A stretch of 64,000 nt of DNA from Candidatus Woesebacteria bacterium GW2011_GWB1_39_10 (GTDB lineage Bacteria > Patescibacteriota > Microgenomatia > UBA8517): assembly GCA_000993205.1 (NCBI GenBank), contig LBVU01000004.1, positions 27,338 to 91,337 of the forward strand, written 5' to 3'. This document shows, piece after piece, positions 16,135 to 24,961 of the stretch. The position numbers and the translations under genes were made by a program. The notes below the pieces were generated by a model. It worked only from the letters and a program-made list of their open reading frames with translations. It was not told the origin of the DNA and did no database searches. Numbering within the stretch: the first letter of the stretch is position 1; every line of letters starts with the position of its first letter.

Positions 16135-17468
16135 TTTTGTATCCCTTCTAAAAGTTTCTCACGTACAATTTGTGGGTTTCCCTTTCCTTGTAGTTTTTTT
16201 TGTGTCATGCCAATCAAAAATCCTATCACGTTGCCATTGCCGGTTTGATAATCGGAAACCGCTTTCTCATTTTCTATTAAAACACTTTTCACAGCGTTTT
16301 CAACTTCTTCGTTTGACGAATATGCGACACTTGTTAATTCGATTATTTTCTTGACTAACCCCGCCGGTTCCGGAAACTCTTGATCCAATTTTCTATTTAT
16401 CATCAAATCCGCTATCGTCCTTGCTGACAGGGTCGCACCCTGTCCAAATTTACTCTGAGCTTGCCGAAGGGCTTCCTCAAAATAATTAGCTCGGTCCAAG
16501 TCTGAAACCAAAATATTCGCAAAGTCTTTCGAAAGTTCGTATTCTTTCTCAAATCTCACCCGTTTCTGTTCCGGCAGTTCAGGAATTGTTAATTGTAAAT
16601 TCTTAATTATTAATTCCGAAAGCTCTATCGGGGGTAAGTCAGCTTCAGGAAAATATCTGTAATCATGGGCGTCAGCTTTTGAACGTTGAGAGAATGTAGA
16701 TTGTTTAACTTCATTGTAACCTCTCGTTTCCTGCACCAACTCCTCCCCTTTTTCTAAAGCTTCGGTCTGTCTTTTAATTTCCACAGAGGCGGCTTTTTCC
16801 AAAAACTTAAACGAGTTGATATTTTTTAGTTCGACTCTATAGTTTGGTAATTTATTCGCAATTACCTGTTCGCTATTCGCTAACGATATATTTGCTTCCA
16901 GTCTCATACTCCCTTTTTCCATGTCTGCGTTACTTATTCCCAAATACCGAACAATCAGTTGAACATCTTTGAGAAAAGAAATTATACTTTCTATGTCATG
17001 AAAATCAGGTTCAGTCACCATCTCCATTAAAGGAACCGAACTCCTGTTAAAATCAATTAAAGAAGATTTGACCCCGTCGATTGTTTCGTGAACAAGCTTC
17101 CCCGTATCCTCCTCAAGATGAACTCGTCGAATTCTTTTACCGGCAAAATTTCCACCAACACAAAACGGCAAATCGTACTGAGAGATTTGATAACTTTTTG
17201 GGAGATCTGGATAAAAATAATGCTTTCTGTCGAATTTGCTAAATAAATTAATCGTAGACCCCATCGCAAGACCAAACTTGATTGTTGAAATGACAGCTTC
17301 ATAGTTTGTATAAGGAAGTGCTCCGGGTAATCCCATACAAATAGGGCAAACTTGTGTATTTGGTTTTTTGCTAAAATGATCGGCTGAACATGTGCAAAAT
17401 AGTTTAGTTTTAGTGGCAAGTTCAATGTGAACTTCCAGACCAATAATTGGAATTAATGTGTTTTTCAT
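16131..17468 (-). CDS. gatB: Asp/Glu-tRNA amidotransferase subunit B
   Basis: IGLEVHIEL, HYFYPDLPK, HLEED, ELKNINS, YRYFPE. Confidence 0.96.
   Translation of the reverse strand: MKNTLIPIIGLEVHIELATKTKLFCTCSADHFSKKPNTQVCPICMGLPGALPYTNYEAVISTIKFGLAMGSTINLFSKFDRKHYFYPDLPKSYQISQYDLPFCVGGNFAGKRIRRVHLEEDTGKLVHETIDGVKSSLIDFNRSSVPLMEMVTEPDFHDIESIISFLKDVQLIVRYLGISNADMEKGSMRLEANISLANSEQVIANKLPNYRVELKNINSFKFLEKAASVEIKRQTEALEKGEELVQETRGYNEVKQSTFSQRSKADAHDYRYFPEADLPPIELSELIIKNLQLTIPELPEQKRVRFEKEYELSKDFANILVSDLDRANYFEEALRQAQSKFGQGATLSARTIADLMINRKLDQEFPEPAGLVKKIIELTSVAYSSNEEVENAVKSVLIENEKAVSDYQTGNGNVIGFLIGMTQKKLQGKGNPQIVREKLLEGIQK
16426..16444. repeat. REP-like palindrome inside gatB
   Basis: GACAGGGT-CGC-ACCCTGTC; exact reverse complement of 39008-39026. 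Confidence 0.75.
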
Positions 17469-17471
17469 TTT

Positions 17472-18869
17472 TTAGAATGCAACTTTTGGAACATAATCAA
17501 TAGCTTTGTGGTAAAGTTTGCCTAATTCAAAAAGTGCCGGCTCCGAAAATCTCGAACCCATCAGCTGAAACCCAAGAGGTAAACCTTGTTTTGAAAACCC
17601 GCTTGGAAGGGCAAGAGAAGGAATTCCGCAAAGATTCGCCGTGGCAGCGTAAACATCGGTTAAATACATTGTAAGAGGATCCGAAACTTTATCTCCCAAC
17701 TTAAACGGCGGGGTTGGGGCAACCGGGGCGATAAGAGCGTCCACTTCATCAAATACTTTGTCTACCTCACTAATTATTTTAGATCTGACCTTCATGGCTT
17801 TAAGATAATAAGCATCGTAATATCCTGCGGATAAAACATAAGTTCCAAGCATTATTCTTCTTTTTGCCTCATCCCCAAAAGAATCGCGCCCATTTCCGTA
17901 GCGTATTCCGTCAAATCTTCCCAAGTTAGATGAAACTTCAGCCGGCTGAATAACATAATAGACGTCAATTGCATATTTAGTGGAAGGAAGAGCCACTTCT
18001 TTAAATTCAATTCCTTCTTTTTTCAAAACTTCTATCCCTAGGGTTATTGTTTTTTCAACCTCCGGATCAATCCCCTCAGTAAAAAACTCTTTCGGAATCC
18101 CCACTCTTAATTTCGAATTTCGAATTTCGAATTTCGAATTTACGACAGTGCCGTCATATCCATCTTCTCCTTTTATAACATTAAAAACAGTCTCTACATC
18201 CTCAACAGTTCTCCCTATGGGCCCAACAGTATCCAGTGAAGACGCCATCGCAATTACCCCATACCGGGACACTGCGCCATAAGTGGGTTTGATCGCAACG
18301 CTAAAACAATAATTCGCAGGCAATCTAATAGAGCCGCAGGTATCGGTTCCTGTTGTAATCAAACTCATATTCGCCGCAAGCGCGGCACCGGAACCACTTG
18401 AAGATCCTCCGGGCACATATTCCTTATTCCAAGGGTTTTTTGTAGGACCAAAATCGCTATTTTCACCTGATGAGCCATGCGCCCAGGCATCGCAGTTCAA
18501 TTTACCTATCGGGATTGCCCCGGCATTTTCTATCCGGGATACGCTGGTTGCAGAGTAAGGCGGAATGTAACTTTCCAAAACTTTTGACCCTGCAGTGGTT
18601 CTAATTCCTTTTGTTAAAAAAATATCTTTATATCCAACCACAACCCCTGCCAATGGATTTTCTTTGAAAAACTCTTCAGTATATTGATCTAGATCATTAA
18701 ACTTTTTAGCCTTGGAATATGCGATTTCATCAGAAGTTGTTAAAAAGATATTATATTCTTCATTATATTTTTTAATTCGTTCGAGATACGCGTCCACAAG
18801 TTGCACAGCAGAAAATTCCTTTTTGATAAGTCCATCTTGCGTTTCTTTAATTGTTAGTGGAATTTTCAT
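17472..18869 (-). CDS. gatA: Asp/Glu-tRNA amidotransferase subunit A
   Basis: Amidase signature PGGSSSGS, GTDTCGSIRLPA, KRRIMLGTYVLSAGYYDAYY. Confidence 0.96.
   Translation of the reverse strand: MKIPLTIKETQDGLIKKEFSAVQLVDAYLERIKKYNEEYNIFLTTSDEIAYSKAKKFNDLDQYTEEFFKENPLAGVVVGYKDIFLTKGIRTTAGSKVLESYIPPYSATSVSRIENAGAIPIGKLNCDAWAHGSSGENSDFGPTKNPWNKEYVPGGSSSGSGAALAANMSLITTGTDTCGSIRLPANYCFSVAIKPTYGAVSRYGVIAMASSLDTVGPIGRTVEDVETVFNVIKGEDGYDGTVVNSKFEIRNSKLRVGIPKEFFTEGIDPEVEKTITLGIEVLKKEGIEFKEVALPSTKYAIDVYYVIQPAEVSSNLGRFDGIRYGNGRDSFGDEAKRRIMLGTYVLSAGYYDAYYLKAMKVRSKIISEVDKVFDEVDALIAPVAPTPPFKLGDKVSDPLTMYLTDVYAATANLCGIPSLALPSGFSKQGLPLGFQLMGSRFSEPALFELGKLYHKAIDYVPKVAF
18109..18141. repeat. Perfect heptamer tandem (AATTTCG)x4+ inside gatA
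   Basis: aatttcg x4 + aattt; encodes NSKFEIRNSKL. Confidence 0.9.
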
Positions 18870-18878
18870 GCCTAAAAA

Positions 18879-19193
18879 CTACTTATCGCTCCTTTCTGTC
18901 AAGATCGCGTCCACTTTAAAATAGCCGTTGTGTGTTTTGTTTGTCCCAGAAAGTGCTCCATTTTGGTCGATACTGCTTGGTTTGACTTCGTCTTCACGAA
19001 GCACGTTTGTCAGTCCCGCAGTCTGACTGGTAGGAGTTAGATCTGTCGTATCAACCTTACCCAGTTCACCAACATGTTCGAGTATCTGAGAAAGCTGGGG
19101 AAGAAATTTGTTGATTTCAGTATCAGTCAAATCCAATTTTGCCAACCTTGCTACATGAGTTACATCCGCCTTCGAAAGCTTTGCCATATCCAT
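18879..19193 (-). CDS. gatC: Asp/Glu-tRNA amidotransferase subunit C
   Basis: VTHVARLAKL, LREDEV, GYFKV; lies upstream of gatA. Confidence 0.93.
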   Translation of the reverse strand: MDMAKLSKADVTHVARLAKLDLTDTEINKFLPQLSQILEHVGELGKVDTTDLTPTSQTAGLTNVLREDEVKPSSIDQNGALSGTNKTHNGYFKVDAILTERSDK

Positions 19194-19205
19194 ATAATAC
19201 CCGAC

Positions 19206-20144
19206 TCACATCATATTTTGAAGGGCCGTAATGCGTTCCGGCATTGGAGGGTGGGTGTTAAATAAACCAGCCATAAAGTTTACTGCCCGCTGACTTTTGT
19301 CGGGAACGGAATGGAAAGGATTCACGATATACAAATGCGCAGTCGCTTTATTTGCTGCCTCAAGTGGCTCCGTATCGGCAGATATTTTTTTGAGGGCGGA
19401 GATAAGCCCTTGAGGTTGTCTGGTTATCTCAACCGATCCTGCGTCAGCTGTAAACTCCCTGCGCCTACTGATCGCCAGTTGTATTAATTGGGCAATTATT
19501 GGTGAAAGTATGGCAAAAATTATTCCCAGCACCAAAAATATTGCTCCGATATTTCCATTGTCCCGATCTCTTGACCCTCGCCCGAAATAACTCATTCTTA
19601 AAAACCAATCTCCAAGAAGGGCAACAAGACCTACCATTACAGACACAATCGACATTAAACGAATATCGTAATTTCTGATATGAGAAATTTCATGAGCCAA
19701 AACTCCCTCGAGTTCAGTCCTGTTTAGTTTTGAAAGTAAACCGGTGGTTGCACAAATCACAGCGTGATCCGGATCTCTCCCTGTGGCAAAAGCATTGGGA
19801 GCCGTATCTTCTATTACATACAACTTTGGTTTGGGTATTCCCGCTCCGATACATATGTTTTCGGCTACCTGAGTAAACAGTTTGTCTTCGATGGTGTTTG
19901 CGTGGCGGGCACCCGAAATTCCCAAAACTATTTTGTCTGAATAATAATAACTAACGAAAGATGAAATCCCGGATATTATCATTGCCATACCAAAATAACC
20001 CATTCCACCTGGCTGGTAGCCCATATAGTAACCAAAAGCATTGGTAAGGATATAAGCGGCAACAAAAACAAAGAGAACAAAAAGCGCTACAACAAAAGCG
20101 CTTTTTATCTTATTGCTCATCTGAACTTCATATATATTCCGCAT
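19206..20144 (-). CDS. htpX: M48 zinc metalloprotease HtpX
   Basis: PNAFATG, VLAHEISH, SRRREFTAD, THPP. Confidence 0.92.
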   Translation of the reverse strand: MRNIYEVQMSNKIKSAFVVALFVLFVFVAAYILTNAFGYYMGYQPGGMGYFGMAMIISGISSFVSYYYSDKIVLGISGARHANTIEDKLFTQVAENICIGAGIPKPKLYVIEDTAPNAFATGRDPDHAVICATTGLLSKLNRTELEGVLAHEISHIRNYDIRLMSIVSVMVGLVALLGDWFLRMSYFGRGSRDRDNGNIGAIFLVLGIIFAILSPIIAQLIQLAISRRREFTADAGSVEITRQPQGLISALKKISADTEPLEAANKATAHLYIVNPFHSVPDKSQRAVNFMAGLFNTHPPMPERITALQNMM

Positions 20145-20146
20145 AC

Positions 20147-20184
20147 GTCATCCTGGAGTCCCGCTCTGTGGGACGATAGGATCT
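20147..20184. repeat. Small intergenic palindromic element
   Basis: GTCATCCTGGA-GTCCC-GCTCTGT-GGGAC-GATAGGATCT nested hairpin. Confidence 0.45.
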
Positions 20185-20189
20185 TATCA

Positions 20190-20744
20190 CTAAAGTTGAA
20201 CTTTGGGTGTTTTTGTATCAGCGTCGGTTACTTTTGTAAAATCCCCACTCTCCGGAGTCTCTAAACCCTTTAATGTTTCAAAATGAAACATGTCGGCAAC
20301 CAAATTGCTGGGAAAAGTTACACGTTTAACATTGTAATCAGCAGTAAGGTCGATTAAGAGTCTTCTTGCATACATTACTTTATCACTCGTATCCCTTAGA
20401 TCATTCATCAGATTTGTAACAACTTCCGCTCCTTTAAGCTCGGGGTTACTTTCAACAACAACTTGAAGTTTTGGCAAAAGTTCAGAAATTTTTTTGGATG
20501 CGTCTTTACCGCTCGATACCATCTTTCTGGCATCAGACAACATTTCCAGTATTCCTTTTTCGTGCGTTAGATATCCTTTTACGGAAGACTCCAAATTGGG
20601 AATAAGTTCTGCCTGACGCTTCAGTTGGTTTCCAATTTCCTGAATCGAAGCTCCTACTCTCGTTTTTGTAGAAACAAAAAAATTGTAAATCGAAACTACC
20701 CAAAGAATTAAAATCAATACAATTCCTAATAATATATATTGCAT
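20190..20744 (-). CDS. lemA: LemA family protein
   Basis: N-terminal TM, QLKRQAELIPNL, PELK, YARR, TFPSNLVA; adjacent to htpX. Confidence 0.9.
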   Translation of the reverse strand: MQYILLGIVLILILWVVSIYNFFVSTKTRVGASIQEIGNQLKRQAELIPNLESSVKGYLTHEKGILEMLSDARKMVSSGKDASKKISELLPKLQVVVESNPELKGAEVVTNLMNDLRDTSDKVMYARRLLIDLTADYNVKRVTFPSNLVADMFHFETLKGLETPESGDFTKVTDADTKTPKVQL

Positions 20745-20759
20745 AAATATCACCACCCC

Positions 20760-20858
20760 TCAATTCTCAATTTTCAATTCGCAATTTTCAGTAAATTTTC
20801 ATTGCCTCAATGATCATTGAGTAATTCATTGTAAATTGTAAATTATTAATTGTAAATT
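20760..20858. repeat. Intergenic heptamer repeat tracts in inverted arrangement
   Basis: caattct caatttt caattcg caatttt ... attgtaa attgtaa attatta attgtaa. Confidence 0.75.
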
Positions 20859-22563
20859 AAACCAACAGTTTCTCAAACGATTTCAGATCAAGACAATTGA
20901 CTATGTTGGTTTTCTCACACCATCCTCGTCTTGCTACCGAAACTCCAAACGTCATATTATTCATTCCGTCAATATGGTGTGCATCTGTTCCAAATGTTAA
21001 TTTCACACCAAGTTTCACAGCCTCACGGACTAGTGTATCGGGGAGATCCAAACGCATCGGGTCGCAATTTATTTCTATCCATTTATTATTTTTTAAACAA
21101 AACTCAAAAATTTCCGGCCAGTTTAGTTCCGCACCCTCTCTTTCATTTAATTTGCGCCCGGTGGGATGGGCGAATATTTTTACTCTTGGGTGGGATAGTG
21201 CGGCCATCACTCGTTTTGTTTGTACATCGCGCGGTAGGTCAAAATTTGAATGAATTGAGACCAGAGCAAAATCTAAAGTGTTTAATCCTTCACCGGGAAC
21301 AGGAAGGCTCCCATCGGATTTCATGTCAATTTCGAGGCTGTTAAATACTCTACGAATATATTTTGTGTTCATATTTTTAATTGAGTAGTTTATTTGTTCA
21401 ACCTCTTCCTTCTTCGCTTTTAGCTTTTCGGTAATTTGAAAATCCGTGTGTCCTTTTTGACTGGGATTGTGTTCTGTGAAAGCTATATATTCATATTTGA
21501 GCTCGTCAGCTTTTTTAACAACCTCTTCCATGGAACTGGCTCCCAAATCGTGACTTGTTTCTATGTCAAAACTTGAATGAATTTGAAGATCCGCTTTTAC
21601 ATCGGTTAGTTCGATCAATCTTGGGAGTGAATGATTTTTAGCCGCCTCAATTTCTCCGGTGTCCTCCCTAAGTTCCGGCTCGATATAATCAAGTCCAAGG
21701 AAATTATAAAAATCTTTCTCCGTCTTAAATTTTCGAATTTCGTGCTTCGGATTTCGAATTTCGCGAATTCCTTTTTCGCTAAGACTATATCCGTTTTTTA
21801 AAGAGAATTCGCGTAGAGCAATATTATGATGTTTACTGCCTGTGAAATGTTGTAGAGCTGCTCCGTATTGTTCAGTCGTTGAAACCAAAAGATCAATTTG
21901 GATATCCCCCGGAATTAAAATTGAAGCGGTTGTATCGCCAGCTTCAATTGTTTTTTGGCTATTCGGGTATTTTGTGAAATGTTCTATTACTTTTACCTTT
22001 TCACTTTTACCTTTTACCTTTGCTAAAATATCAATATCTCCAATTGTGGAAACATTTCGCCTAAGACTACCCAATGGGTCGATTTGGATAACGTTTTTAT
22101 CTTTTTTCATCCAATCAATAATAAATCCGGCGGTCGATGCGGCATATGGCAAAAGATGACGTTTTGTTTTTTTCTCCCTTACTTCAACTTCTTTGAGGAG
22201 TTTTTTAACCTCGGACGGTTCACCCTGAGCAATTAGGCGAAGGGCAGTTTTAATGCCAATTCCGGGCAACTCCATTAATTTGAAGGCTTCTTTGGGGATA
22301 TCCTTCATCAACTCATCAAAATGTCTGGAGTGACCAGTTTTGAAGAGCTCTCCTAGGTGTTCTGCGATTGAAGGGCCTATTCCTGGGACTTCTTCCAGCT
22401 TTCCATCATCCCAAAGGTCTTTAAGCTCGCTTGTGGCGTGTTCCACGGCATCTGCCGCGCGTTCATACGCAATTATTTGGAATTTATACTTGTTTTGGTC
22501 TTTTAATTGGTAGGCAGCCGCTACATCGCGAAGCAATTCTGCAATTTCCAAATTAGTCATCAA
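20857..22563 (-). CDS. polX: DNA polymerase X / PHP domain protein
   Basis: HhH VPGIG, GSLRR, GDIDIL, HFTGSKHHN, PHP motifs HPTGR and TDAH. Confidence 0.92.
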   Translation of the reverse strand: MMTNLEIAELLRDVAAAYQLKDQNKYKFQIIAYERAADAVEHATSELKDLWDDGKLEEVPGIGPSIAEHLGELFKTGHSRHFDELMKDIPKEAFKLMELPGIGIKTALRLIAQGEPSEVKKLLKEVEVREKKTKRHLLPYAASTAGFIIDWMKKDKNVIQIDPLGSLRRNVSTIGDIDILAKVKGKSEKVKVIEHFTKYPNSQKTIEAGDTTASILIPGDIQIDLLVSTTEQYGAALQHFTGSKHHNIALREFSLKNGYSLSEKGIREIRNPKHEIRKFKTEKDFYNFLGLDYIEPELREDTGEIEAAKNHSLPRLIELTDVKADLQIHSSFDIETSHDLGASSMEEVVKKADELKYEYIAFTEHNPSQKGHTDFQITEKLKAKKEEVEQINYSIKNMNTKYIRRVFNSLEIDMKSDGSLPVPGEGLNTLDFALVSIHSNFDLPRDVQTKRVMAALSHPRVKIFAHPTGRKLNEREGAELNWPEIFEFCLKNNKWIEINCDPMRLDLPDTLVREAVKLGVKLTFGTDAHHIDGMNNMTFGVSVARRGWCEKTNIVNCLDLKSFEKLLV

Positions 22564-22583
22564 CTGTTATAATACACACTATT

Positions 22584-22657
22584 GGGGTCGTAGCTCAACT
22601 GGCTAGAGCGCTTCCCTGTCACGGAAGAGGTTGCGAGTCCGAATCTCGTCGATCCCG
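22584..22657 (+). tRNA. tRNA-Asp(GTC)
   Basis: GGGGTCG/CGATCCC acceptor, CTTCC-CTGTCAC-GGAAG anticodon arm, T loop TCCGAAT. Confidence 0.93.
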
Positions 22658-22767
22658 CCCCAAATTCCCATTGACTTCGGTTTGATCATAGTCTAAATTC
22701 AGGCTAATTCGATTCCCTGCCCGGGGCTTGCCACTCCGAAGCCGAAGGCGAAGGGTGGTGAATATAT

Positions 22768-23304
22768 TTGAACTTTGATCTAAAAAAATTTCTAAAAAAC
22801 TTAAAACTTAACGAAGAAAATATCAGCATGGTTTTAGGAGCTTTAGTTATAGTGATTGTTGGAATTTTGATCGTAAACTACTTTAAGGATAAGAAAAGCG
22901 ACACTCTCACGGGAATTAATACAGGGAGCGAATCACAAAAAGAACACGTTGTAGTTAAAGGTGAAACTCTTTGGTCCATAGCAGAAGATAAATATGGTTC
23001 CGGTTACAACTGGGTAGACGTTAAAAAAGCCAACGAACTTAAATCGGATACGATTGAGGTTGGTCAAAAATTAACTTTGCCTGAAGTTTCAGCCAAAAAA
23101 CCTACATTGACAAAACCAACCTTGTCTGCAAACACTCAGACTCTATCTGGAGATACATACACTGTTGTTAAAGGAGATACTCTTTGGAGCATATCGTTAC
23201 GCGCATACGGAGACGGATACAAGTGGGTAAGTGTCGCAAAAGCAAACAAACTTGTTAATCCAAATGTAATCCACGTAGGAAATGTGTTAACGTTACCGCG
23301 TTAA
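22768..23304 (+). CDS. Membrane-anchored double LysM protein
   Basis: TM helix followed by HVVVKGETLWSIA and YTVVKGDTLWSIS LysM repeats. Confidence 0.9.
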   Translation: MNFDLKKFLKNLKLNEENISMVLGALVIVIVGILIVNYFKDKKSDTLTGINTGSESQKEHVVVKGETLWSIAEDKYGSGYNWVDVKKANELKSDTIEVGQKLTLPEVSAKKPTLTKPTLSANTQTLSGDTYTVVKGDTLWSISLRAYGDGYKWVSVAKANKLVNPNVIHVGNVLTLPR

Positions 23305-23401
23305 TGTTATTAATTTACATACGCCAGTAAATTGGAATGTGTTTTGTATCTTACAAATCTGTTTTTTCAATATTTTGTCGATTTTTTGTTGTCTGTGGTT
23401 C

Positions 23402-23427
23402 GATACCATGATTCGAAACATGGTATC
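23402..23427. repeat. Palindrome upstream of the second TrpR-like gene
   Basis: GATACCATG-ATTCGAAA-CATGGTATC. Confidence 0.88.
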
Positions 23428-23441
23428 ATTGTGTAATAAAA

Positions 23442-23839
23442 ATGTCACAGGTTTCTAAACACTTCATGAATCCAAAAATCGCAGATCTAAAAATGAGGTA
23501 ATTTCCTTTTTAGATGATTTGCTTTCCCCCGCAGAAAAAACTATGTTAGCTAAAAGAGTAGCTATCGCCTATCTACTACTTGAAAACAAATATACTTATA
23601 GGGAAATCTCCAAAACTTTAAAAATTAGTTTGGGAACCATTGCAAAAGTTCATGCAACATTTGCTTTAAAAGGAGAAGGTTACAGAAACATAATTGGAAA
23701 CTTGGTTACAAACAAAAATATTAAGAATTTATTATCCGAATTTTTAGATTTAGTTACACCGACCAAACGTACCCTGACCGGTGAAAAATACCTAAAACTC
23801 AAATATGAATCCAAAAACAAGCGTGAAGAGCCTCTTTAA
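23442..23839 (+). pseudogene. Frameshifted paralog of the TrpR-like gene at 3258
   Basis: ATG 23442 reads MSQVSKHFMNPKIA and then stops early; another frame resumes SKNEVISFLDDLLSPAEKTMLAKRVAIA...KREEPL. About 43 nt are missing relative to the paralog. Confidence 0.8.
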
Positions 23840-23841
23840 GC

Positions 23842-23871
23842 TTGTTACTATGATTCGAAACATAGTAACAA
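23842..23871. repeat. Palindrome downstream of the second TrpR-like gene
   Basis: TTGTTACTATG-ATTCGAAA-CATAGTAACAA, 2 nt after the stop codon. Confidence 0.88.
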
Positions 23872-23911
23872 AATTCCGTATAGCGAGTTTGATATAATCT
23901 GTAGTGCGAAT

Positions 23912-23985
23912 GCGGGTGTAGTTCACCGGTAGAATGCGTCCTTCCCAAGGATGAGAAGGCGGTCCGATTCCGCTCACCCGCTCCA
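23912..23985 (+). tRNA. tRNA-Gly(CCC)
   Basis: GCGGGTG/CACCCGC acceptor, CGTCC-TTCCCAA-GGATG, encoded TCCA end. Confidence 0.93.
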
Positions 23986-24027
23986 ATCCCCGTTATAAAT
24001 CTGTGTTTGTTGTATAATCCAAAATAT

Positions 24028-24762
24028 ATGGAAGCTAAATCCGATCGTATTGTATCCAATAATAAATTACTCCCGCCAATTCCTCATATTGGCGGTCCGG
24101 GGGACCCCAAATTTGACCATATTTCTACCTTAGATATCGATAAAGACTCGAAAGATGCTATGGTACTTTGGGCAAATAGACAAGTGAGGGTAGAAAAAGC
24201 ATACACAGAACTTGACAATTTAACCAGGAATCCAGGTCTTCCCAGAGCCGAAGCAGAAGTTGCAAACGAAGTTGTAAACACCGCACTCGATAAGTTTTCA
24301 AAAATTAATCGCGAAATAGCCAAAGCTTTAGAAGCGGATGGACTTGCAGAGTCTATTTTAAATATATATTTTGATGAAATGTTTAACCAATTTTCTCAAG
24401 ACAGACTCCTGTTCAAACATCGAATCGAGGCGCAGACAACTGCCATTATCGATTCACCCATTGTCGAAAAAAGTGAGCTTACCAGCGCACTTTTATCAGA
24501 AGATTGGACAGCCAAGGAGAGAAGGAAAGCACTCGCCAACTTTGATAAGTTGCATTCCGGAATGAAAAGTCAGGGAATTGACGGGAAATACTTGCGAGAT
24601 CTAAACATGCTTTGGAGATGGGCAGACGGGGAGGTACCGGAAGACGTATCAGTCTTCAAAATCCTTGACGTCGCCGACAACCTTTATGGCGAAGCGGGTG
24701 CGGCTTTCCAGGAGATTTGGGAAGCGGAAGGGGACTGGGAGAAGGAAGGGAATGACAAATGA
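24028..24762 (+). CDS. Hypothetical helical protein
   Basis: Long open frame with TATAAT 9 nt upstream of ATG 24028; no recognisable motif. Confidence 0.65.
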   Translation: MEAKSDRIVSNNKLLPPIPHIGGPGDPKFDHISTLDIDKDSKDAMVLWANRQVRVEKAYTELDNLTRNPGLPRAEAEVANEVVNTALDKFSKINREIAKALEADGLAESILNIYFDEMFNQFSQDRLLFKHRIEAQTTAIIDSPIVEKSELTSALLSEDWTAKERRKALANFDKLHSGMKSQGIDGKYLRDLNMLWRWADGEVPEDVSVFKILDVADNLYGEAGAAFQEIWEAEGDWEKEGNDK

Positions 24763-24956
24763 ATTCGGAGAAAGAAGTTACGGGTCAGGTTATGCACTCC
24801 GACCCAGAGCTAGTTGGAAAAAATATCCACCCCACTCATTTTTCCGTTCAAAAAACTTCTTTGCGTAACAGTGATTACGATAGCGGCTATGAATGGATAG
24901 ATATGGGCAGTGGACATTTCAAACGCGTTCCAAAAAAAACCAAAGATGAAAGTTAA
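24759..24956 (+). CDS. Hypothetical small protein
   Basis: ATGA overlap with the upstream ORF. Confidence 0.45.
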   Translation: MNSEKEVTGQVMHSDPELVGKNIHPTHFSVQKTSLRNSDYDSGYEWIDMGSGHFKRVPKKTKDES

Positions 24957-24961
24957 AAATG

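Noticed and set aside
19284-19310. Partial TCCCGAC...GTC palindrome in htpX (also weak ones in parB about 45611-45632 and GT4 about 39658-39680)
   Set aside because: Too short and imperfect to separate from chance without ortholog alignments
23792-24059. Minus-strand ORFs over tRNA-Gly
   Set aside because: Antisense to the tRNA, with no protein-like signal
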